IMG/VR virus record: IMGVR_UViG_3300007517_000005
Location: 21,512-85,511 of that record
From: a virus
Strand: one strand, 5' to 3'
DNA length: 64,000 nucleotides
The translations under genes were made by a program, and so were the position numbers. Under the pieces are notes generated by a model. The model was not told the origin of the DNA and made no database searches. It saw only the letters and a program-made list of their open reading frames with translations. Below are positions 41,984-52,300 of the stretch, in pieces. The stretch's first letter is position 1, and each line of letters starts with the position of its first letter.

Positions 41984-42535
41984 ATGACTAACTCTAACTT
42001 CGATTACGTAAACAACTACACTCCCGAAGTGGGTGTAGCAATGGACTACTACGCAGCGTCACTGGGTGAGATGTTTGCAGCAGAAGAAGCATTAAATGTC
42101 GCCAAAGAAGCAGAAGAAACAGCATTAGCAGAAGCTGATGCAGCCTCACTACTCAATCACACACAAGAAGAATATCAGTACTACCACCGTACAGTGGTAG
42201 CATTGTGTGCAGCAGAAGATGCAACCTCTGCCGCCCGTACAAACTACGATGCTGCGTGTGCAGCATGTCTAATTCAATTAGACAATCTCTTAGCCGCAGA
42301 GGCAGCAGTATTGTACAACTTATACTGGGACGCCCAGTTAACGGTGTACGCTGCTGAAGAAGCAGAAGAAGCTGCATTAGCAGAAGCTGATGCAGCGTCC
42401 TTACTAGATCACACGCGCGAAGAGTATCAGTATTATCAACAGACAGTAGTAAAACTACGCACTGCGGAGGAGGCTGTGATAGCAGCCTGTGAATTACTGG
42501 TAGTAGCTGCGGTGGCTGCAAGCATCACAAAATAA
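41984..42535 (+). CDS. Acidic Ala/Glu-rich helical protein with internal duplication
   Basis: ALAEADAASLLxHTxEEYQYY twice; very few K/R; AAGGA RBS. Confidence 0.65.
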   Translation: MTNSNFDYVNNYTPEVGVAMDYYAASLGEMFAAEEALNVAKEAEETALAEADAASLLNHTQEEYQYYHRTVVALCAAEDATSAARTNYDAACAACLIQLDNLLAAEAAVLYNLYWDAQLTVYAAEEAEEAALAEADAASLLDHTREEYQYYQQTVVKLRTAEEAVIAACELLVVAAVAASITK

Positions 42536-42597
42536 CCCTTCTTTTAGTAGGGGGATCCCCAATCCCCTTCTCTTGACCCCCTTACCCCCTAACATAT

Positions 42598-43251
42598 ATG
42601 TCTATTAACTACTACCACCAAGTCTGCGGCACAGAAACAACCACGACTCGCCTCGCGCGTGGTGGGTGCGGTACATTGACAATGGCCGGCCACTGGGCCG
42701 GCTACAATTGGATATCAAAAGTAGATCAGAGTGGATGTGCAATGCCACTCGTCCAACGTGAGTGGGAGATACTCAAAGAGTTACAAAACACTGGCTTAGT
42801 GCCAGTAGTGAGCCCTGTCTCACCGCACATAAACGGTAGTATCATGCACATCCAGTGCATCGATAATGCTGCCAGTCTGCTTGACTATACACAAGCATAT
42901 CTAAATGGGTTAATACCTATTGGGGTATTGCGGGACATATTAACATTAGTGGTAACTGCTGTTACCACGTTCCACTCACTCGGGTGGGTGCACAACGACC
43001 TACACAATGGGAACATTGTCGTAGGACATAACCAGTACACATGGGAAGTGTACATAATCGATGTGGCCATGGCCACACGCGCAGAAGAAGAGGTACCAGA
43101 AGCCTTAGCAGAGGCATTTAGTATACCTCACTTACCCAGTGAGGACTGGTACTTCCTCAAGTGGTCAATAATGGCCGAGGCGGAGGAGTACGAGGACGCG
43201 GATAAGGGGCGGGAGTTGCAAGACTTAGTTGATGAATTGATACCTGAGTAA
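42598..43251 (+). CDS. Protein kinase-like (Ser/Thr, RIO/Kdo/APH fold)
   Basis: LARGGCG, K..REWEIL, HNDLHNGN, IIDVAMA. Confidence 0.8.
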   Translation: MSINYYHQVCGTETTTTRLARGGCGTLTMAGHWAGYNWISKVDQSGCAMPLVQREWEILKELQNTGLVPVVSPVSPHINGSIMHIQCIDNAASLLDYTQAYLNGLIPIGVLRDILTLVVTAVTTFHSLGWVHNDLHNGNIVVGHNQYTWEVYIIDVAMATRAEEEVPEALAEAFSIPHLPSEDWYFLKWSIMAEAEEYEDADKGRELQDLVDELIPE

Positions 43252-43255
43252 TTAG

Positions 43256-43288
43256 TAGTAGGCCCTACCCACGGGCCTATTATTGTAC
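43256..43288 (+). promoter_or_regulatory. Conserved intergenic hairpin motif, copy 3
   Basis: One loop substitution relative to copy 1; precedes the polymerase gene. Confidence 0.75.
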
Positions 43289-43309
43289 TTACAACAATCA
43301 ATGAATATC

Positions 43310-46300
43310 ATGGCTACTTCAAACAACGGTTCCATTGTTTCTACCACCACCTCTACTACTCCTTCTGCTACTCCTTCTGCTACTACTATGAACACTACAT
43401 CTACCTCTTCCATCTACAAAGCTGCTGCTGCAGCCCGCAAAGCAGCAAAGGCAGCAGCAAAGGCTGCACCAGGTATTGCCATTCGTGCAGCGAAAGCAGC
43501 TAAGGCTGCAGCCATTGAAGCTGAACGTGAGGCAACTAAGGTTGCCGCTATTGAAGCTGCGCGTGCGGCTGCAGCTATTGCCACTGCTACACGGTTTGAA
43601 GTCTACTGCTACTTGACTGTAGCCTCTATTAAGGGCAATGCTGCCACTGCGGCAGTTATGGGTTCTACCACATTGGTAGTAGCCGCTGCCTTTGCAGTAG
43701 CAGTCTTAAAGGTACGCCGCCCACGCAAGGCCACTCGTGCCGCTCGTAAAGCAGCCGCACGGAAGGTAATGGGTATTGCATCTCGCAAGGCTAACCGCCC
43801 TTCTAACCGCCCCTCTCGCGCTACAGTAAGCACTTCTAGTGCGTTTGTACGTAAAGTGCACCGCAACAGCATGGCTGTTAAGCGTGCAGCACGCATGGGT
43901 GCATTAGCTGTGTATCAGTATGTAGCTATTGCTACTGCTGTCGCGGCACCTGTTCTGGCTAACACTTCTACCTCTGAAGTAGAAGCTATACTAGAACGCC
44001 CTAAGCGCACTGCGAAGGTAATGCCTTTAGCTTTGGTACGACCCAACGTACGAGCAGTACGCCACTATATTGCAGTTGCAGTTGCAGTTGCAGTTGCAGT
44101 AGAGGTAGAGGTAGAGCCTACTACTGCATTCTCACGCACTGAAAAGGCCGAGGCTGACAAAGCTAAGGCTTCATTGAAGGGCAGCCGCACAAAGGCGCAG
44201 GACGATGCTATCGAAGCTAAAGCTAAACGTAAAGCTGAAGCTAAGGCTAAGAAGGCTGCTAAGTCTACTTCCACCCCCAAGACTAAGACTGATAAGAAAG
44301 ATAAAGGTAAGGGCATCACCTCTGAACGCAAAGGAGCCCACAACCTAGTTGTGGCGGGCCCTACCGCTGACAACTACGGTTGGGTAGAGATATCCAATGA
44401 GGAGTTACTCCTCTCCCTTGAGTCTTCAGACTCTCATACTGCAGTAGGTCAAGCTGCAGAAACTATTCACAAGGACAATAACGACATGACTACTAACTTC
44501 TCCCCTGAAGTAATCACAAAGAACTTAGAATGCTTACTGGCTGGGGTTATTACTCCCGCAGAAGCATTCCTATTGGCACAGCACCAAACTGTAGCCGCCA
44601 CAACTGTGGTAGATGGTTCTGTGGTGTGCATGAAAGCACCCGCAACTCCTGCTACATTAGCGCCTGTGACTAATGTAGAATTGGCCTACACAAGCGAAGG
44701 CCGGTTCTACCCTGCCAAGGCTTTAACCAAAGAGTACTTTGCAATCCCGGCAGACTTCTACGCTATGGAGTCCATCCGTATTGCGTACAAATCAATGAAG
44801 TTGGATACTCACACGTATAACTTCTACGATGAAGGTGGCACTGTCTCTATTAAGACTAACAAACACAACAACAGTATCTTCATCAACAATTCCCACCCTC
44901 GCATCTACTTAGTAGATGGTGTAGAGTACCACTTCAACAACTTGTTGGAGGCAGTGTTCAATGAATCTATATCTGCCACTAATGCAGGTGTGCTAGAACA
45001 GTGGGCTGACTTCAATATTGAAGTTACAGGAGTAGCTGAAGATTTGGGGTGTGACTTAGAAGAAGCTACTACTCTAGTAGTAGCAGCAGGATTTGTTAAA
45101 CCAGCCCAACCTATCCACTACATAGTCCCTATCGCAGAGCGTGTAGAGACTAAAGAGAAGGGTAAGTTTGAGTATAAACTGAATGAGAAAGCTATCATCG
45201 AGAGTGCAGCCTTATGGGAAGAACAAGGCTATGAAGTACTCGTTATTAAAAGCGAGTTAGTGGTTAGCAACCTCTCTGTAGAGAACTTCCGCTACAACGG
45301 GTGCATTCCTTGCGAACCCATTACTAACCGAGAGCTAGAGCGGTTAGTATTGAGTGAGGTTGTACAGAAATGGAGTGCTGATAATATCCACTTATCAGTG
45401 AAACCCATATCCAACCTGTCTGAATGGTTGGATAAGGTAATGAACTCCAATACCGGCTCTGTAAAGAGCATTAGTTTCTCCTTCAATAACATCACCAATA
45501 TACAGCAACGTATATCTGATGTGAAGGGATTCTCACACGAGTTCACCTTCGCTACTCCCAAAGATCACTACGATGCTTTAGGTTTGGAGGAGGGTTCTGT
45601 ACCTGCGTTTACAATTAACTTGTGGACTAGCGCCCCTGCTAAATCTGCAGTAGTAAGCCAGAAGGTTATGGCAGATGTCTTAACCAATGTACCAAAGTTA
45701 GAACGCCGCACTGGTACACAAGGTTCATCTTTGTCTGTGCGCGGCTTATTTGCACAGAATGCAGGTCGTAATAATGTGAAGCCTGATGCTCCAAGACAAT
45801 CATTAGCTCATAAAGTGCTCGCTACTAATGTTGTAGCTTCAACCACTAGTGCATCAGTCACTAATGAAGTGATTACACCTACTGTTGCTGAGGCTAAAGA
45901 GGCTACCGCTTCGGCTGTTGTCATAGACACAGTATCTGGTGGGGCCGCTTTTGAGGTAGATTCAGTTGGTGGTGCATTAGATACAGCCCCAGTTATTAAT
46001 GCTGGTGATGTATTAAAACCCGCAGCGTCTAGCAAACAATCAGCTACTCCTGTAGTAGCTACAACCTTGAAAGACGTAGATAGTCAATTACTAGCCTTGA
46101 CTGGCTCATCATCTGATGATGAAGAAGAAGAGATTGATTTAGATGATATGGATCTCTGCCAAGCAGTAGAGTTGAAGGAAGTAAAGTTTACTCCTAGCTA
46201 TGATGGCGACATCAAAACTATCATAAACGACTTAGATTTGGCTATAACAACCATACCCGCAGGTGGTGACTACGGGAACTACCTCAACGATGTGATATCC

Positions 46301-49300
46301 ATCTCTGAAGAGTTGTCAGGGGATGAAGCTACCCAAGTGTTAGTCCACGAACTAATGCACGTAGTAATCTCCAACGTCAGCGAAGATGCGGCTAATAGCT
46401 TCATCACTGACTGGTTAGACACGGTGGGTCAATCTAGTATCTGCCCCGCAGACATGAGTATGGAGGAACAGTTCTGCTACTCCTTCATGGAGTACGAGCA
46501 TAATGTAGATGACCTATCCGCATTCCTAGATGGAGTATTCAATCGTGATGATAGCTGGGTTGATGCTTACAACGCATTAGCTGTAGCAGCCGGGCCAGAA
46601 GTAGCCGCTAAGTCTACTGCCCACCTCAGCATCATCGCTGAGGGCACTGCACCTGTAGTACCAGCATTGAGCCCCATGAAGGCCGCCTTATTGGCGGTGA
46701 ATGATCAAGAGATCATCATCGTAACAAATAACAAGGGGACAGTGCCAGTAGCATACACTGATGCGTTCCCTGAACTGTTAGATGTTATGCCAAGAACGTT
46801 GGAGTACGGTAGCACAACTACTGTGACTGCCGCCTGTGGTGTTACCTTGCATGCTATCTGCGCGGTGAGTGAGACAGGCACTTTGCATACTGACTCACTG
46901 AAGAGTGGCTTGATGCACATCGCAACTCTTGGTTGCGATAAGAAGTACGTCTGTGAACCAGACCTGGGCTTTGGCGATGATATCATCATCAAGCCCTACA
47001 TATTGGGTGCTGTCACTACCTTGTTAGGACAAGCTAAGGTACGCACTTTACAATTACCTGTAATGGGGCGCCTCGTTAAAGCATGGGCTAATGCCGGTGC
47101 TGTGGTAACGTACCCTAAAGCAGACCTAAGCCTATGGGCCGCTGATTTATGTCGAGGTACAGCACTAACTGCTACTGCAGTAGGTACTGGTGAAGTGCTG
47201 ATGGCACAACGCACTCCAAGTGGTCGCTCTATGGTTGCCACTATGGCGATCATTAAAGAGGACGGTACAGTTGATAAGGCTGCCTTAGCAGTCGGCTTAA
47301 CTGAATTAGAAGAAGGTATCGCTAATGGTCTAGTGCCACTGCCAATCACGGTATACAGCAATCAACAGGTTGCCTTTAATACCATCAAGTACCAACACTC
47401 TAATGCCATACGGGGGGTAGAGGTTGTAGACTATGAGCAGAATGTCTTCCCCGAAGCAGTAAAGATTGGTGTCTTAACGAAGGGCCCCAAAGGTGAAGTA
47501 GGCGCTGACCTATATAAGTGGTATAGCTTCTTACGAGATGGTATCAGCGGGGGCGCTGGCCTGTACAATGTACAGGAGTTGAGCGTAGAGCTCTTCACAG
47601 AAGCATTCAAGGCAGTAGGGTTGCCTGTAAACCTAGCTGGGTTCGCATTATGCCCAATGCCACTACGCTTCTTAAAGAACGGCATGGTGTTCGTACGTAA
47701 TGGTAAGACCGCCAAAGGTGTAGTAGAGAATGCTACTAAGTTCGAGGACATGATCGATAAGACATTACTCGGTGTGTTATTAGATAGTGGTGTAAAAGTG
47801 TACACAGCGCAATATGCGTGGGATGCTGCTGCTAAGAAGTCCATGATTCGTGGTGTTGTAGAGAACATCTACGATTACGAGCAAGGGTATGGTCTGGAGC
47901 CATTACCAGAAGGTATAGCTGGCCAAGACATGCTGAAGCTGAAAGAAGATAATGAATTCATGTACCCTATCATCGCATTGGGTACAATAGGTCACAGCCT
48001 AGACCAGTACATGCAGAAGCATGTCCACGATACACTACAGTACCTGGTAGACAACTTCGGCGTAGGTGTCGCAATCCGCTATACACAAGCATTACTCCCT
48101 GAGTTAATGCAGAAGGAAGGCGTGATGACGACCGATGGTACATTACAGTATCGTCTATCCGTGTTCAGCTTGCAGAATGCAGCAGAGTACTACATGGAGT
48201 TCACTCCTGTAGAAGGTCTGAATGATACGGATCCTAACTGGCTATCCCCACGCGACTGTACAATCATCTCGCGTCGCCAGTATGACGTGAATGCCATCAC
48301 TAACCTGTCTGGCTTCCCTGACACTATGTACGATGGGACTGTGGTAGCACTGGCTTTGGCTATCTCTGCAGCTTGTGGGCGTAAGGTAACACAGGATGCC
48401 TTTGAGGGTTACCTTGCTGGTACCACTAACCTCTGGGCCCGTAGTGAGAACTACGGTAAAAAAGGTATCACCGAGAAGTTCGCCAACTACTCACTGACAT
48501 CTACACTGAAAGTCATCATTGACAACAGTGGTAAGACTATTTCAAGTACACCGAACCACGTTATTGACGCAAGTGGTGTCCGCTTAAGCAAGGAGACAGG
48601 TGCAGGTCGCTGGCCATACCACATGCCTTGTAATGCCCCCCTAGACCTCTCTGTAATGCAGTGTCTAATGAAGAAGGGGCAACTTGTTATATGCGATAAG
48701 TACGCTATGGAGCGTATTGTAGTAGGTGATGGCGCACGTGCCATGATGGCCTCTATACTGACTGTAGAGCAAGCTTCTGAGCTAGCCGGCTATAACCAGA
48801 ACTATGGTCTGAGCATGGCCCTAGACCCCAACAATGGTAACTGTGTAATGTCAGTATGCTGGCCTACGGATAAGGCTAGTAAAGCATTGAACCGGCCGTG
48901 GCAGTTCAATGGAGCCAGCCAAGCAGATGGCTGGCATGAGAAGTTAAGCTGGTGCCCATTGCACACAGACTTAGGGAACAACAAGCGCTCCGCTATCGAA
49001 GGTTTCAAGCGCACCTTTATCGCTACTAACGACTTTATGTCGCACGGCAGCGGTACTGCACAACAACATCCTGACGCCTCTTTGTGGAGTCTATTTGTAC
49101 CAGGCTCCATGTCGGCTACATTGACCTGGAACCAAGTTCCAGCAGTACAAGAGAAAGTGGATGCCAATGGTAATCACTTAAAGGGTCTGCGTTGCAATAC
49201 TGCAATCATGGGGCCCGTATCAGGTGAAGGCCCCGCTGGTAAGGATGCAGATGGCAAGGAGGTACCAGTGTCTAAGTGGTTCTGCGATACCTTTGCGAAG

Positions 49301-52300
49301 ATGTTCGTAGAGAATGCCATTAAGAAGGCTATGTTTGAAGCCGATGGCACTACTCCACGGGTATACGCTCCAGGTGAGGAGATGGTAGTAATACTCGATA
49401 AGTTAATGGTCAAGGGTAATGAAGTAGTTGGATACTACCCTAATGGTCAGACTCCTGGCTTACCTTCATCCCGAACTGTATTGTTTACCAATGATTTAGG
49501 TAAACAGGACTGCGTTATCACAGGGTACCGTTTACTCCCACAGCAACGTGGTGAGAAGTTACAGATACGACTAGACTATGCGACAGTCATGGATACCAAT
49601 AACATTGACACTTCAATGTACTCTGGTATGAAGGGGCGTGGCCTAGGTATCAAGTTCATCATCAACCACGATGGCACTATTGAGTACATCGGTAAGGTTC
49701 TTTATAATGGGGAGATGGTTGACGCCAATGAGTTGTACAAACGTGGGGCTATCCACGTAACTCCAGAAGGTCTGAAAGGTAACTACGCCTTCATACAAGG
49801 GTTCGCCTCTGCACACGGTAATGCAGTAATGAGCGGCCCTTACCTGACCATTGACAGTACCATGCCAGATGGTACTCCTAACCCTCACTACCTCCTAGGT
49901 AGTGCAGACATGGTATCGGATATGTCCGATTCTAATGCTTACTTCTACAAGTGGATGAAGAGCATCACGCAAACTAACCGCATGCGGAAGACAGTGAACC
50001 GTGATGTATGGGAAGAGATTGTAGCCTACAACCGGGAAGCATTAGGCCCCGATGGTAAGTTACCAGGCTTAGTCATCATCCCACAACCTGGCCCCTACGC
50101 TATTGAGTGGGATGGGGAAGTAGATGGGCAACCTCACGTCACTACACCCAATGTAGTGACGGTAGAGTACGACGTGCAGATCGCAGTATTTGATTACTGG
50201 GTGCAAGTGGAAGTCGCTACACCGGGTGCATGTACAGGTGACCAAGGCGCTACCTCTGAGCAAGCAGTGCACATTGAGGTCATGCGTGAAGCTACTGCCA
50301 CCCACTTATGGAAAAGTAGTGCGAAACAACGCAAGGGTGTAAATAGTGCAGTAAGATCTGCAGAAGTCCACGCTAACGTGGAAGCAGGTATTCAGGAAGA
50401 TGGCCTGTTCCAGTTCAATCCACTAGACAAAACACATCAAGAGTTGATGATGCACTTGTTGAATCAAGTGTCTAGTACAGGTGTACGTACAGAACGTAAG
50501 CCTGAACACTTCTTCATACTGTTAGCTACATTGTTCGGTGGGGCCGCTATGAACCCAACCGCGCTATGGTTGAACATGTTAGCAGGTAAGGTATCAAACC
50601 TTGACTATGTTGAAGGTGCTAAGGGTATGGAAGTAGTTACCAACAGTGGTGGCTATAACTACCTGACTGAAGTTACTGGCTTATTGGAGCTAGTGATGAA
50701 TACACTGGGTGTCTTTCCCTTAGAAGAGCTAGGCTTAACGTTACGTGACTTGCAGGAACTTGTTAGCATAGCTATTCAAGATCACCTGACAATGGACGTA
50801 GCCGGTACACGCACAGTAGTGGAGAGCATCACTGGTGTTACCATGAGCACATCCGCTACAGCCCTAGGTATACAGATGTATATCATGGACCTTATTGGGT
50901 TAGGGTACACAGTAGTAAAACAGGTTGAAGGAAAGCCTGAACCGGATCTAGCCATCATCCCATTGCACGTGGGACAAGGTTTAGTGATCAATACAACTTC
51001 AGAGAACACTGAAGCTGGTGAAAGCCAGGAGGCGGTGACTTATGTTGACCCGACTGTGTTCTTACAGTTGGGTGCATTTGAGGTTAGCCGCATAGCCGCA
51101 GACCCTAAGACTCATGCCCCTGCACGTACTGTTACAGGTGCTGCTACAGGTGTGGTCAATGACATACACCACGCATTCGTGGAATGGACCACAACACAGT
51201 TCTGGCAACGTAATGGTAGCGGCACCCGCCCACACTCCATGAACTGCCGCTTGCGGGCATCCATGGCGGGTTGGATTGGGGTTAACAGTAAGAAATCAAC
51301 CCAGCTTAACGCTAAGGGTGTACTGTCACGCGTAGCACGTATTAACAAAGGTGGTGTAGCTGGTAAAATAGATACAGGCTTAGGCCCTGAATTAGGTCAC
51401 CACATCGTCACCGATAAGAATGGTACACCAGTAGGTAAGCTACCTGTAGCCATCATCCACCCTGACTGCTTACTAGCCAAAGGGCTGAAGCATGGTGACT
51501 TAATTGCAGTAGGCCGTACCCCCACGGTATCCCTAATAATGGCCGTAGTGCGCTTCTCCCGCGTATTCGGACGTATGGGATATATCCGCATGTCCTTCTC
51601 CGTATGGGCCGCTGGTAACAACGGAGATAGCGATGGAGACCCATGTAACCGCATCCGTATGGGTGGCGCCACCGATAAGGGTTGGTCTGGCTTAACCTAC
51701 CGAGGTGCGATGAAGATCAATAAGAGTGCCCTCGGTATGGGCGGCTATAGCATAGTGTGTGGTGTCCCCTTACATCAACATGACTGTGCAGAGTTCGTGT
51801 CCTTTACGAACTCCTGGACTAAGAAGGTATTCAATGATGCCTTGATACCTGACTCCATTAAAGCATGGCTAGCCGTTAAAGGCTTGAAGGTCAAGGGACT
51901 GGAGACATTGGTTAACTTGATGTTACCTGCTAGCTTACTGGATAGTGCACGTAAAGTGTCACAACACTACCGCGCTAACGTAGGCGTCGCCTATGGTTGG
52001 TGTAGTGCATACTCCGCACACATGAAGGAGAAACACTCATACCTGAAGGCAGTACTGAATGCTGTCTTGAAGAGTGAGGCTGCTTTAGCTTGTGGGCATG
52101 AACTGCCATCAATAGATACATTGATGGAAGTGTTAATGAGTGGTGAAATCTATGAAGCTATCCGACTTACCGCTGTAGATACAGTGGTGGATGGTACAGT
52201 AATGACCACTATAACTCAAGATGCAGAAGCAGTTGTGCGGATCCGCATCAAGTACCCTGCCATTATGGCACTGTATGACCTCAAGCTAATTGCTGAAGTC

